A DNA stretch of 64,000 nucleotides from Gammaproteobacteria bacterium (GTDB lineage: Bacteria > Pseudomonadota > Gammaproteobacteria > UBA4575), in the NCBI GenBank assembly GCA_965222615.1, contig CBDCUI010000007.1, positions 288,001 through 352,000 on the forward strand, written 5' to 3'. The translations under genes were made by a program, and so were the position numbers. Positions 41,327 to 52,536 of this stretch are shown piece by piece; position 1 is the first letter of the stretch; the number at the start of each line of letters is the position of its first letter. The notes beneath the pieces are model-generated. The model did not search any database and was not told where the DNA came from. It saw only the letters and a program-made list of their open reading frames with translations.

Positions 41327-41893
41327 TTAGTGAAGCAGATGTTCAATTCCGGAAGCAAAATGGCGACCATTAATTAGATTCTCAGTCATTGAGCCGAGTT
41401 CAATGACTAATTGCTTTTCATCATCAGTGAATTTTCTAGCCCGAGTATCTACTAAGCACAGCGTCCCAATATTCATGCCCGAATCAGTTTGTAATACATA
41501 ACTTATATAGAATCGAACCCAAGGCTTACCAACCACTTGTGGGTTACCAAAGGTTCGACTGTCTTCTTTCGTATCATAAATTTCGTAAATTCGCTCTTTC
41601 GGATTACGGGATGTAACCTCACAAATTGCATGGGCACAAATGGAAATATCTCGTGGCACCTCTGTGGCATCAATCCCCCAGGCCGACTTAAACCACTGAC
41701 GATCTACATCCATTAGAGTAACGAGGCAAATTGGTACTTCAAGTTTTTCAGCTGCAAACCGCGTAATGCAGTCAAGCCGAATATCTGGTGGAGTATCCAG
41801 AACATCAAGTGCATGCAGCGCCTGTAACCGGTGTAATTCATTTTCAGGAAATGAAGCAACTATCAAAGATCTACCCTCCAACCCTCCAACCAT
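41327..41893 (-). CDS. Stand-alone GAF domain protein
   Basis: ENELHRLQALHALDVLDT, SICAHAI, GTLCLVD; similar to the GAF of 18848-19723. Confidence 0.85.
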   Translation of the reverse strand: MVGGLEGRSLIVASFPENELHRLQALHALDVLDTPPDIRLDCITRFAAEKLEVPICLVTLMDVDRQWFKSAWGIDATEVPRDISICAHAICEVTSRNPKERIYEIYDTKEDSRTFGNPQVVGKPWVRFYISYVLQTDSGMNIGTLCLVDTRARKFTDDEKQLVIELGSMTENLINGRHFASGIEHLLH

Positions 41894-42126
41894 CCAAAAT
41901 AAATAAAAATATAGTAACTATATCTCGCATTTATAGATAGAAAGTTTAATTTAATATTATTAATATTATTTATAGTGAACACACAGGTGTAACCAATGTA
42001 ATCAATATCCGTTTAACGACACTGTGCGCTTACACATACATAAAACAAAATTTATTTTTAAATAGAGAAATGAGATTAACGTTATTAGTCTCTATTATAC
42101 TTATTTTCTCAACTATATTTATCTTC

Positions 42127-43182
42127 TCAACAATCACATATAGGATCGCGAATCAGCATAATACCAAAAGGAATATCCCCTGTTGTCACCGATCTTCCAT
42201 TCATTGGGATACCATTATCATCCAGATCATAAATACTCGTGAATTCGGACCCGGAATAACTATGAGTCACGAATAATTTGTGGTTGGTAATAGAAACCAT
42301 CACATTGTGAGGAAAAGGTAGAGCTGCATCTACTGGGCTACCTTCGACAAAACTAAAGTCTTTTAAGTCAATTGTATATAAAGATCCACTACCGTTACCT
42401 GATTCAATATCAGTTACATATAGATGGGTTTCTTGCTCATTCGCCCATATTCCATGAGCACCGGGAATATCCAAAGTACCTGTCACCCTGAGTTGTCTTG
42501 GATTGATTCTTAAAACCTTCCCATTATCTTGAGTGGCCACATATAACTTACTTTTTTTAAATCCCCAAAAGAGAAGATGAGGATCTCCACCAACCTTTAG
42601 CCGCCGCTTTTCTTTAAAAGTTTTACCACTATATTTTATTAACCAGCCTTCTTCTTTTCCTGTTGTAGAAAATAAACTTACAATAGCCGAATTTTTAGTT
42701 ACAGTAATATCATGAGGCTTAAAATCAGCAGCCAAATCTTCCGGAATTGGAACCGTTGCGAGCACTTCTTTTGTTTCAAGGGAAATAACTGTCATTGTTT
42801 TGTCAATATCATTGACCACCCACATTTGACCCAATTCACCGTGGTTCCACATATGGAAGACCCCATTACCAGTGGGAATTTCAGCCGTTCTTCGCAAACG
42901 CAATGCATCGTAAACTAACACCCGACTATGTCCTCGATCTCCTATCCAGATTTCATCGGAAAAGAAAGGGTTTTGTGCATACATTGGCTCAGATCCTTCT
43001 TCCAACTCAATCTGAACTTTCCTTTCACTTTCCATATCAATCAAAGTGACAGTTTCAGCATTACGATTGGCTACGGCGATTTTTGTCCCCGTGGGAGATG
43101 GAGGAGTTCCTGGTCGTGGAGGCAATTCTGCAAATACAGTTTGCGCAAAGAAAAATAAAACGAAAGCAACCCAGTAGTTCAT
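42127..43182 (-). CDS. Secreted YncE/YVTN-like beta-propeller protein
   Basis: Signal peptide; repeated PH/AH...V.N blades. Confidence 0.8.
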   Translation of the reverse strand: MNYWVAFVLFFFAQTVFAELPPRPGTPPSPTGTKIAVANRNAETVTLIDMESERKVQIELEEGSEPMYAQNPFFSDEIWIGDRGHSRVLVYDALRLRRTAEIPTGNGVFHMWNHGELGQMWVVNDIDKTMTVISLETKEVLATVPIPEDLAADFKPHDITVTKNSAIVSLFSTTGKEEGWLIKYSGKTFKEKRRLKVGGDPHLLFWGFKKSKLYVATQDNGKVLRINPRQLRVTGTLDIPGAHGIWANEQETHLYVTDIESGNGSGSLYTIDLKDFSFVEGSPVDAALPFPHNVMVSITNHKLFVTHSYSGSEFTSIYDLDDNGIPMNGRSVTTGDIPFGIMLIRDPICDC

Positions 43183-44035
43183 GTTGTTGTCCCCTTTTTT
43201 AATTATAAATGTAAGAATTAATACGAATTAATACTTAACAATGTATAAATATAAAATAATATGTCTTGTTTAATCAATGTTTAAATTTTCATTATATTGA
43301 TAATAACATTGTAAATGGTTTATTTAGATGCAATTTAATAAAAAAAATAAGCCTCCCTATATCTCTCGCCTTGTAATAGCAAATATGTCAAAATTTTGAC
43401 GGAGTTTATAAATAGCCGACCTTTATATCTTTTAGGGGTTAAATCTACGTTTTGAACAAACTACCACTACCCTTTATTTAAAAATTCTAACCTTTATTTA
43501 TAGTGGCAGAGAACATATGCGCATGGAACACTTGCATGTGAGTACTACATGCAAACTAAGTATCACAAAACGATATAAAAATTTTCTGCCTTTCACATAA
43601 ATTAATGGCGACGAAGTCACACTTGGAAACCACGACACGAGGATTTTCAGTGCACCATTATCCAAAAACACTACTAGATATGATCAAACCAGAGCAAATA
43701 CTAAAATTTGTAACTACTTAATTAATCCAGCACCTTAGATCAATTTGAGTTAATTTGCTGAATTCTAGTAAACGCTAATCGCTGTACCTCTATTGTGCCT
43801 TTTCTATTAAGTACAAAGTGCCACTAATTTTCGAAGCAACTAACTAAAAGTCCACATTGTAAATGTTTTCAATGCCAAAAGAATGATGATGCCCATTTTT
43901 ACAATTGCCCCCAAATATTGAACAAATATTTGATATAGATCCCTATAATTTAACCTTTTAGCATGAAAATGTTGAAACTTTGTACGCAGGGACATAGTCT
44001 AGACATATGAATGTAATAGACACAATAAAGAAAAG

Positions 44036-44461
44036 ATGAGTATTCTTTATAAAATAAGAAAAAACACAGTAATCAGCCAAGTCCTTTTATTGGCACTGGT
44101 ATTCGCTCTCTTTTTATTGCCTTTTGCTTCATGGAGTGCGTTCGAACACGCCAAGCAAACTACCTCACAAACTGACAATACGATGGGGAAAAGTGCTAAT
44201 TTCGGCATGATCAATTGCCATCACCAACCCAGTAGTAACTACGAGGGTGCCTGTACGAAGAGTTGCTGTGACAATCCTGAAACAAATCAAAATTGTGAAG
44301 ATTGCACAAATGGCTGCCTATCCACCGTATTTATTTCCATTGACCTTAAGAATATTTATCAGTTGATCAATTATTACAGGATCGTACAAAACTTCCAGTC
44401 AGCGATCTCATCTAGAAAAATTACACCCCCCTTTCGCCCACCAATAATATTTCTTTCATAG
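44036..44461 (+). CDS. Cys-rich CopL-like protein upstream of the cus genes
   Basis: CHH...C..SCC...C.DC..GC and C-terminal PPFRPPI. Confidence 0.65.
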   Translation: MSILYKIRKNTVISQVLLLALVFALFLLPFASWSAFEHAKQTTSQTDNTMGKSANFGMINCHHQPSSNYEGACTKSCCDNPETNQNCEDCTNGCLSTVFISIDLKNIYQLINYYRIVQNFQSAISSRKITPPFRPPIIFLS

Positions 44462-44560
44462 AGTTATTCGTACACCGCAAATAAGCGCCAAAATGAGGTG
44501 CTCGACGGACGTGTTTCGAATTTAATCATTAAAGTTTGAACTTATGAAAGGAGCACAGCT

Positions 44561-45904
44561 ATGTGCAAACTGGAATACATCACTAACGATTGTTCACATC
44601 AATCGTACACATATATTGATAAATATGTCATCACAGTAAAACTGAGATGTAACAAATACATTGTGCAATTGCTACTGGCTGCACTGATCGTTCAGTTCTT
44701 TATCACTTCACCAATATATGCATTAAATTTGCGTGAAGTCGAGCAGATCACAGAACAAAAGGCTTTCATTTCCAAGGCGCATCAGTTACGAGGCGATGCT
44801 CTTGGTGAGTCAGCAATTGCTAATGCACAACTTCCAGATCCACAATTGAATCTTGGACTGTTCAACCTACCTACGGACGATTTTGATATAAATAGTGAGC
44901 CCAATACTCAATTGAGGTTTGGAATATCACAATCTTTCCCACGTGGAAAAACACTTGCTTTTAAAGAAAAACAAACAAAATGGGCAAGTAATGCAGAGTA
45001 TAAACGTGCATCCGATGAAATTTCAAAATCAATTCGATCGGTACGTGAACATTATTTCAATCTTTATTATCAAATTGGTGCCCAAGAAATAATTAATGAA
45101 AGCCGTCAATATTTTATGCAACTTGTGGACATTGCCGAGTCTTATTACAAAGTTGGACGCGTTAATCAACAAGATGTGTTGCGAGCGCAACTCGAGCTAT
45201 CACGATTGGATGATCGTGTTATCGAATTAAAAACTAAGGAGGACTTAGCAAGAGCTGAACTGAGTAAGTGGCTAGATGAAAAAGCATTTGAACCAATAGA
45301 AAAAGAATATCCATCATTGCCTCGCCTAGCTGCACAACAGGAAATTATTGATTCATTAATCAATCACCAGTCTATTCAAGCAGAAGATGCCATGGTTTCA
45401 TTTTTCAACGAAAGCGTCGAAATTGCTCGTGAACAATACAAGCCTGGATGGAGTATTGGTGTTGAATATCGAAAACGTTTTGGCGACAACATTGATAGAA
45501 CTAACCGTGAAGACCAAGCAGCTGCTATGGTAAAAGTTGATCTACCTATTTTTACCAACAAGCGTCAAGATCGACGTTTAGTTGCTAGTCAACACCAGGT
45601 CTCGGCAGCAAAATTTGTTCGAAGCGATAAATTGCAATCACTTAGACAAGCGGTTCTTAGAGATTATGCAAACTGGGAACGGCTATCTGAAAGAAGCAAT
45701 CTTTATGAAAAAAGGCTTGTGCCCGAGGCAAATGCAAATGCAAATGCCTCATTAACAGCATACCAAAGTGGAGTAACAGAATTTACAACACTTGCAAGAG
45801 CTCGTATTACTCAGCTGAATGTGCGCTTGGAAACATTACGAGCAAAAACGGAACACAGTCGTGCACATTCACGTCTTTTGTATCTTTCTGAAGGAGCATT
45901 GTGA
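44561..45904 (+). CDS. cusC: TolC/CusC-type outer-membrane factor of a heavy-metal efflux system
   Basis: QLPDPQL, QQDVLRAQLELS, DLPIF; first gene of the CBA operon. Confidence 0.8.
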   Translation: MCKLEYITNDCSHQSYTYIDKYVITVKLRCNKYIVQLLLAALIVQFFITSPIYALNLREVEQITEQKAFISKAHQLRGDALGESAIANAQLPDPQLNLGLFNLPTDDFDINSEPNTQLRFGISQSFPRGKTLAFKEKQTKWASNAEYKRASDEISKSIRSVREHYFNLYYQIGAQEIINESRQYFMQLVDIAESYYKVGRVNQQDVLRAQLELSRLDDRVIELKTKEDLARAELSKWLDEKAFEPIEKEYPSLPRLAAQQEIIDSLINHQSIQAEDAMVSFFNESVEIAREQYKPGWSIGVEYRKRFGDNIDRTNREDQAAAMVKVDLPIFTNKRQDRRLVASQHQVSAAKFVRSDKLQSLRQAVLRDYANWERLSERSNLYEKRLVPEANANANASLTAYQSGVTEFTTLARARITQLNVRLETLRAKTEHSRAHSRLLYLSEGAL

Positions 45905-47385
45905 TGGACAAAATAATAAATATTCTAGCGGTCATTATTCTGAATTTATTTGTAGTAGTAGGTAGCAACACAATTCTAGCGGAAGAGGAAGAGAAAGATA
46001 AAGATAAAGATAAAGATAAAGATAAAGAAGTATTGTATTGGGTTGCCCCTATGGATCCAAATTATAAAAGAGACAAACCAGGGAAATCTCCGATGGGAAT
46101 GGACTTGATACCCATCTACAAAAATGAACAACAAACTCATGGCAGTGAAGTCATTATTGCACCTGAAGTTGTACAGAACTTAGGAGTACGCACTGCCGAA
46201 GTAGAACGATCAAAGCTATGGAGAAGAGTAAATACTGTTGGCTTTGTGGATTATGACGAATCCAAGCTAAGTCATATCCACTTGCGTACGCAAGGTTGGA
46301 TAGAAAATTTGACTGTGCAGTCAGAAGGAGACCGTGTTCAGAAAGGTCAACTTCTTTTTAAGCTCTACTCACCCGAGCTTGTGAATGCACAGGAGGAATA
46401 TCTACAAGCACTATCGCTTGGCAATAAAACTTTAATTAATGCATCCAAACAACGATTATTAGCATTAGGTATTCCCTCTTCAGAGATAAAACGTCTTAAT
46501 AAGAATCGCACAGCTCGACAATTGATTTCTTACTACGCACCGCAAGACGGTGTCGTATCCTCACTTAAAGTAAGAGAAGGCATGTTTGTGAAACCTGAGA
46601 ACCAAGTAGCCACACTTGCAAACCTCTCTACAGTATGGGTGATGGCCGAAGTATTTGAGAGACAAAGTAGCTGGGTTGAAGTTGGACAACCTGCAGAAGT
46701 GCGATTCTCTTATTTGCCTGGGGAAAAATTTGAAGGACAAGTCGAATATATTTATCCAGATCTAGATCAAATGACCAGGGCACTCACTGTTCGTTTGAAA
46801 TTTGATAATCCAGGCGAAACATTGAAGCCAAACATGTTTGGTGATGTATATATTTATGCTGGTGCAAAAGAAAACATCATCGTTGTGCCACGTGAATCCG
46901 TGATTCGTACGGGTACCAGTGAACGCGTCATTCTTGCTAAAGGAGAAGGACGCTTTGAACCACGCGAAGTCGTTACTGGAATCGAGAGTGGTGATTGGAT
47001 TGAAATTCAAAGTGGTTTGAACGAAGGAGAAGATGTCGTTATTTCAGGTCAGTTCCTCATCGACTCTGAGGCTAGTACTAAAGCCAGTTTTACCCGAATG
47101 ACTACTCCACCCAATGCAAAAGAAATGTTGGATAGAGAATCGATGGATGAGGAGATTGTTGCAGTCGGAGTTGTTAAAGAAATATTTGAAGCAGAACAAA
47201 AATTACGAATTACGCATGAACCAATAGAAGCACTTGGCTGGCCACAAATGGAAATGAATTTTCAAGTAAGCAAAGACTATTACGTGGATGAATTCAATAT
47301 AAAACCGGGTGAGCATATTACATTTACGTTAAAAAAAGTTGGAGACCACTATGAAATCTCCTCCATCAAGAAGATGGAACATTAA
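45901..47385 (+). CDS. cusB: CusB-type membrane fusion protein with a C-terminal CusF-like domain
   Basis: YWVAPMDP...PGKSPMGMDL, YSPELVNAQEEY, GQFLIDSE; HEPIEALGWPQMEM. Confidence 0.9.
   Translation: MMDKIINILAVIILNLFVVVGSNTILAEEEEKDKDKDKDKDKEVLYWVAPMDPNYKRDKPGKSPMGMDLIPIYKNEQQTHGSEVIIAPEVVQNLGVRTAEVERSKLWRRVNTVGFVDYDESKLSHIHLRTQGWIENLTVQSEGDRVQKGQLLFKLYSPELVNAQEEYLQALSLGNKTLINASKQRLLALGIPSSEIKRLNKNRTARQLISYYAPQDGVVSSLKVREGMFVKPENQVATLANLSTVWVMAEVFERQSSWVEVGQPAEVRFSYLPGEKFEGQVEYIYPDLDQMTRALTVRLKFDNPGETLKPNMFGDVYIYAGAKENIIVVPRESVIRTGTSERVILAKGEGRFEPREVVTGIESGDWIEIQSGLNEGEDVVISGQFLIDSEASTKASFTRMTTPPNAKEMLDRESMDEEIVAVGVVKEIFEAEQKLRITHEPIEALGWPQMEMNFQVSKDYYVDEFNIKPGEHITFTLKKVGDHYEISSIKKMEH
45994..46023 (+). 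repeat. (AAAGAT)5 in-frame microsatellite encoding a KD repeat
   Basis: Five exact hexamer copies in the cusB N-terminal linker. Confidence 0.9.
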
Positions 47386-47400
47386 AAAGGAGTATTTCAA

Positions 47401-50400
47401 ATGATTGAAAAAATAATTGACTATTCTATTAAGAATCGCACATTTGTTTTACTAATAACTTTCTTTCTTATTGGTTGGGGAATTTATGCGATAAAAAATA
47501 CACCACTTGATGCAATTCCAGATTTATCTGATGTTCAAGTCATCATTAAAACAAGCTATCCTGGACAATCACCACAAGTAGTTGAAGATCAAGTTACGTA
47601 TCCCTTGAGTGTTGCGATGTTATCCGTACCCAAGGCAGTTAATGTTCGTGGGTATTCATTTTTTGGTGACTCTTACGTTTACATCATCTTTGAGGATGAC
47701 ACAGACCTTTATTGGGCACGCACACGTGTCCTGGAATACTTAAGCCAAGTAGCCGGTAATTTACCTACTGCTGCGAAGACGCAGCTCGGACCTGATGCTA
47801 CAGGTGTTGGTTGGGTCTACGAGTACGCATTAGTGGATCGCAGTGGTGGTCACGATCTTGCACAACTGAGAAGTATTCAAGACTGGTATTTAAAGTACGA
47901 ACTACAAACTGTGAGCGGTGTATCAGAAGTCGCAACAGTTGGTGGAATGGTCAAACAATACCAAGTTGTAGTAAACCCTAATAGTTTACGTGCACACGGG
48001 ATCCCTCTTTCAAAAGTCCGCCAAGCTATTTCAAGAGCAAACCAAGAAACAGGTGGCTCCGTGATCGAAATGGCAGAAGCAGAATATATGGTGCGAGCAA
48101 CAGGATATATTGATGATATTCAGGATTTACACAAAATTCCCTTGGCAGTCAACGAGCGAGGAACACCAATATTGCTTGAGGATGTTGCTGAGATAAGGCT
48201 GGGGCCACAATTAAGACGTGGTATCGCAGAGTTAGATGGAGAAGGTGAAGTAGTTGGAGGCGTAATCGTAATGCGATTTGGTGAAAACGCATTACAAACC
48301 ATCCAAAATGTAAAAACGAAATTAGAAGAGCTAAAGAAAGGATTACCTGATAGTGTAGAAATTATTGAAACCTACAACCGCGCTGCACTAATTGAACGTG
48401 CTGTCGACACATTAAATGAAAAGCTAATTGAAGAGTTTATTGTTGTAGCACTTGTATGTGCACTATTCTTGTTTCATTTGCGCTCAGCACTCGTCATTGT
48501 TTTGTCTTTACCGGTTGGTATTCTAATTGCGTTTATTGTTATGCAACAAATGGGCATAAATGCCAACATTATGTCTCTTGGTGGCATTGCCATTGCTATT
48601 GGCGCCATGGTAGACGCAGCAGTAGTGATGATTGAAAACACGCATAAACACCTAGAAATGGAAGGCGCCGAACAACGAAATCGGTGGGAAATTATCAGTG
48701 AATCAACTAAAGAAGTCGGACCACCTTTATTTTTCTCACTGATTATTATCACCTTAAGTTTCTTACCTGTGTTTACACTCGAAGCACAAGAAGGCCGATT
48801 ATTTAGTCCACTTGCGTACACCAAAACATTTGCCATGGCGGGAGCCGCTGTATTATCTATTACATTAGTCCCCGTCTTAATGGGCTACTTTATCCGTGGA
48901 CATGTAACTCCAGAAAAAAAGAATCCCATTAATCGATTACTTGTTGCAGGTTACCGACCCCTTATTAGTTTTATTCTAAGAGCACCAAAGTCGGTTTTAT
49001 TAATTGCCTTGATTGTAATCATCGCAGGGTTATGGCCTATAACACGTCTTGGTAGTGAATTCATGCCAGATCTCAATGAAGGAGACTTGTTGTACATGCC
49101 TACAACGTATCCTTCTATCTCGATTGGTAAAGCCCAAGAACTATTACAACAAACCGATAAATTAATTCGGACCGTACCCGAAGTCGAAACCGTGTTTGGG
49201 AAAATTGGTCGGGCGGATACCGCAACCGATACTGCTCCTCTCACAATGATAGAAACCACGATAAAACTTAAACCAGAAAAAGAATGGCGTGAGGGAAAAA
49301 CGATTGATGATTTAAAACGTGAATTTAACCAACTCGTACAATTTCCAGGACTAACCAATGCATGGGTGATGCCGATAAAAACTCGTATCGATATGCTTTC
49401 TACGGGTATTAAGACACCGGTTGGAATTAAGATTGCAGGAGCCGATTTATCTGTAATTCAAAATATAGGAGAAGAAATTCAAGATGTCGTGAAACAAGTA
49501 CCTGGGACGGCAAGTGCTTATTCTGAACGTGTATCGAGCGGACGATACATCATTATTGATATAGATCGCAATGCTGCAGCTCGATATGCGCTCGATATAA
49601 TGGAAATTCAAGCGGTTGTGCAAACCGCTATTGGGGGTATGCAAGTTTCAATGTCAACGGAGGGACTTGAGCGCTACCCAATTAATCTAAGATACCCGCG
49701 GGACTGGCGTGATTCACTTGCACGTCTTCGTGATCTTCCTGTAGTTACACCTACAGGTGCGCAAGTAGCACTACAAGAAGTTGCAGATATTCGGATTGAA
49801 GATGGCCCTGCATTGATCAAAACAGAAAATGCAAGACTTAATGGTTGGATTTACGTTGACATAGAAAATCGGGACCTAGGTTCATATGTACAAGATGCTC
49901 AAAAGACTGTTGAAGAAAATGTGAAACTACCTCCTGGTTATACTGTCTCTTGGTCCGGTCAGTACGAATACCTTTTACGCGCAAAACAACGTTTGTCTGT
50001 TGTTATTCCAGTAACGTTAGTAATAATCGTTCTTCTTTTATATATGAACTTTCGTCGCATAACTGAAGTGATCATTATTATGGCAACACTGCCAATGGCA
50101 CTGGTAGGCGGAATTTTATTACTTTATTTACTGGACTATGACATGTCCGTTGCAGTCGGCGTTGGTTTTATTGCACTTGCAGGCGTGAGTGTTGAAATTG
50201 GTGTGGTGATGCTGGTGTATTTAAACCAAGCGCTAAAAAAGTTAAAACAACAAGCAGAAACTAATCAACGTGAATTAACAAGAGATGACATTCGAAGTGC
50301 AGTGATCTCAGGAGCACTGTTGCGAGTCAGGCCGATTATGATGACCGTTGCAGCAATTATTGCAGGACTATTACCTATCATGATCGGAGGTGGAACGGGA

Positions 50401-50556
50401 TCAGAAGTGATGCGTCGCATTGCCACCCCAATGGTTGGTGGAATGATCAGTGCAACTTTGCTCACTCTTATTGTCATTCCTGCTGTGTTTCTAGTAATAA
50501 ATCAATTCAAGCTACCAGCATCAATACATACTGAAGCCACTGTTAATGAGGTTTAA
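47401..50556 (+). CDS. cusA: CusA/SilA HME-RND copper/silver efflux pump
   Basis: DAIPDLSDVQVII, GPDATGVGWV, GAMVDAAVVMIEN, LLYMP, MPIKTRIDML, RVRPIMMT. Confidence 0.96.
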   Translation: MIEKIIDYSIKNRTFVLLITFFLIGWGIYAIKNTPLDAIPDLSDVQVIIKTSYPGQSPQVVEDQVTYPLSVAMLSVPKAVNVRGYSFFGDSYVYIIFEDDTDLYWARTRVLEYLSQVAGNLPTAAKTQLGPDATGVGWVYEYALVDRSGGHDLAQLRSIQDWYLKYELQTVSGVSEVATVGGMVKQYQVVVNPNSLRAHGIPLSKVRQAISRANQETGGSVIEMAEAEYMVRATGYIDDIQDLHKIPLAVNERGTPILLEDVAEIRLGPQLRRGIAELDGEGEVVGGVIVMRFGENALQTIQNVKTKLEELKKGLPDSVEIIETYNRAALIERAVDTLNEKLIEEFIVVALVCALFLFHLRSALVIVLSLPVGILIAFIVMQQMGINANIMSLGGIAIAIGAMVDAAVVMIENTHKHLEMEGAEQRNRWEIISESTKEVGPPLFFSLIIITLSFLPVFTLEAQEGRLFSPLAYTKTFAMAGAAVLSITLVPVLMGYFIRGHVTPEKKNPINRLLVAGYRPLISFILRAPKSVLLIALIVIIAGLWPITRLGSEFMPDLNEGDLLYMPTTYPSISIGKAQELLQQTDKLIRTVPEVETVFGKIGRADTATDTAPLTMIETTIKLKPEKEWREGKTIDDLKREFNQLVQFPGLTNAWVMPIKTRIDMLSTGIKTPVGIKIAGADLSVIQNIGEEIQDVVKQVPGTASAYSERVSSGRYIIIDIDRNAAARYALDIMEIQAVVQTAIGGMQVSMSTEGLERYPINLRYPRDWRDSLARLRDLPVVTPTGAQVALQEVADIRIEDGPALIKTENARLNGWIYVDIENRDLGSYVQDAQKTVEENVKLPPGYTVSWSGQYEYLLRAKQRLSVVIPVTLVIIVLLLYMNFRRITEVIIIMATLPMALVGGILLLYLLDYDMSVAVGVGFIALAGVSVEIGVVMLVYLNQALKKLKQQAETNQRELTRDDIRSAVISGALLRVRPIMMTVAAIIAGLLPIMIGGGTGSEVMRRIATPMVGGMISATLLTLIVIPAVFLVINQFKLPASIHTEATVNEV

Positions 50557-50739
50557 TTAAAAGCTATTCAAATAACCGTAAGAAATACTCCCATTTCGAC
50601 TTAAGCACTGTGGTCAACAGCGCTTATTAATGTGACACACAATGGCACAGTTCAAATATTAATGTTTTAACCAATGTGTTGCTTCGATCGGTTGAGCTGG
50701 TATCCAATAGCTGTCATTGAATAAAGAGTGTATAGAATA

Positions 50740-51459
50740 TTAATATTTTTTCGCTTCGTAAAATAAGCTTTCAATAAGTGGACTGTCCATTGGTTCAGCA
50801 TTTTTAAACGTAAAAGGCAAAGATTGACAACCGTGATACACACCATTGCCACACGCATCAAATGGTGGAGATAACACATGTAAATGCAAGTGTGGGAAAT
50901 CCAATGTGAATCCGCTATTTCCTGATAATGCTACAGGTTGCCCTTGTGTAACCTGATCGTCTAAGTCAACCAATATGCCATCCTTTGATAAATGTAAATA
51001 AGATGCAACTGTTCCATCTTCATGCATAATAACAAGGATATTTGTTTCCTCTGCTGTCTGGGTGTCATTACCAAATTGCTCAATAGCTTTAATAACTTTA
51101 CCTCCGCGTGATGCAACAATTGTGGTACCTACTGGCATAGCAAAATCATAGGAATAGCGTAAATCTCCGCAATCAATTTCTTCGCCATTGATAGAAAGAA
51201 CTCTGCACATCGGTTTGTGTGTACTATATTTCCCACAGTTTCCTTGACTGACTCGAAAAGCTTCACCGATCTCATAAGGCAAGACATACTCTGATGTTTT
51301 AGGATCTTGGTAATGCTCTTTGAAACAACCACTAACAGTTTCATTTTCAATGGGGGTTAATGTAGGTTCGTAATTGCCAGTATCTATTCTGTCGCACCCT
51401 ACAAAGATTGGACTAAATAAAAGCGTTAAAACGAAATAATTTAATGTACTTTCTCGCAT
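50740..51459 (-). CDS. M23-family metallopeptidase lipoprotein
   Basis: Lipobox VGC, YDF.MP.GT, YLHL, SGNSG...PHLH. Confidence 0.85.
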   Translation of the reverse strand: MRESTLNYFVLTLLFSPIFVGCDRIDTGNYEPTLTPIENETVSGCFKEHYQDPKTSEYVLPYEIGEAFRVSQGNCGKYSTHKPMCRVLSINGEEIDCGDLRYSYDFAMPVGTTIVASRGGKVIKAIEQFGNDTQTAEETNILVIMHEDGTVASYLHLSKDGILVDLDDQVTQGQPVALSGNSGFTLDFPHLHLHVLSPPFDACGNGVYHGCQSLPFTFKNAEPMDSPLIESLFYEAKKY

Positions 51460-51464
51460 TAATA

Positions 51465-52421
51465 TTATTTGAATATGTTTGGCCGTATTTTTATGTAAAA
51501 CCGAACTTTATAAAAACCATCTTGGCTATAACTATTTAAATAATGAAGATAGTATGGGGTTTTTTCTGGCACAACTCCACGTTCTTCAAACCAAAATGTA
51601 TGAATGTCTCTATTAGCATTTATTAAATCCGAAACACTACCTGTTAAAATCCCTGTAATATAATATCCTGCATCAATTGTTTGGGTCATAAAAGGTAAAG
51701 ATACTTTGATAGAATTAGGTATACGAATCGCAACATCTTGTCGTATAGAATGATGCGGACTAACACTTACAAGGTCGTACCAAACTGTAAAGATATTTTC
51801 CTTCCAATCTTCTAAGTTATTCTCTCCCCATTCCTTTATTTTTTTCCACATTGGCAGACAGGATGAAAGAGTAAGACCATCATTTATAGTTCTGTACAGT
51901 AATTTTTGTTCTTTTAGCTTTACTATTGAAACCAGATCATCCAACTCACTAAGTCGTTTATTTCTTTCATGTTCGTCAGTATATTTATACTTAGAATATA
52001 ACGAGCAAGGATCTATTTCTTTTCCATACTTGCTTATAATCTCGCCTTCTTTAACTGTATCTATCAAAATTGGATAACGAAACTCCTTTGCTGTAATCCC
52101 AAAATGGTTTTTAAATGACTTCGAAAAATTTGCTGGTGAAGAAAACCCGTGGGTCATTGCAATCTCAGATATTTTCAAATTTGGATACCACACTAAACGC
52201 CTAGCTGCCAGCTCAAGGCGTTTCCTTGAAATATATGAGCTTAATGTTTCTCCCTGATATTCATGAAAAATGCGGTGGAAATGAAATTTAGAAACATTGC
52301 ATGCTCGAGCTATGCCTGCGAGATCTAATGGTCTATGAGGATTATTCCAAATAAGATTTAATGCATTCACTACATTAGCTGTCTGCCTATGTTCTGTTTT
52401 AATATTTTTTGCTCTTAGCAT
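51465..52421 (-). CDS. AraC-family regulator with a GyrI-like effector domain
   Basis: SKFHFHRIF, RLELAA, GFSS..NFSKSFK..FG. Confidence 0.88.
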   Translation of the reverse strand: MLRAKNIKTEHRQTANVVNALNLIWNNPHRPLDLAGIARACNVSKFHFHRIFHEYQGETLSSYISRKRLELAARRLVWYPNLKISEIAMTHGFSSPANFSKSFKNHFGITAKEFRYPILIDTVKEGEIISKYGKEIDPCSLYSKYKYTDEHERNKRLSELDDLVSIVKLKEQKLLYRTINDGLTLSSCLPMWKKIKEWGENNLEDWKENIFTVWYDLVSVSPHHSIRQDVAIRIPNSIKVSLPFMTQTIDAGYYITGILTGSVSDLINANRDIHTFWFEERGVVPEKTPYYLHYLNSYSQDGFYKVRFYIKIRPNIFK

Positions 52422-52536
52422 GTAATAAATAGTTTTCCCAGCTTGCTATTTTTTCAATTTAAAACTACCTATTGACATCAATATTTCTTTTGAATGATAA
52501 AATTATATTTAATAAATTATATCCAGAGAACTTTAA

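Noticed and set aside
43930-43943. Possible FNR box upstream of the copL-like/cus genes
   Set aside because: Only one half-site matches well (TTGAT-ATAG-ATCCC), which is expected by chance in AT-rich DNA.
44036-50556. Copper efflux operon as a novel system
   Set aside because: Standard CopL-like + CusCBA arrangement; CusB-CusF fusions are already known.
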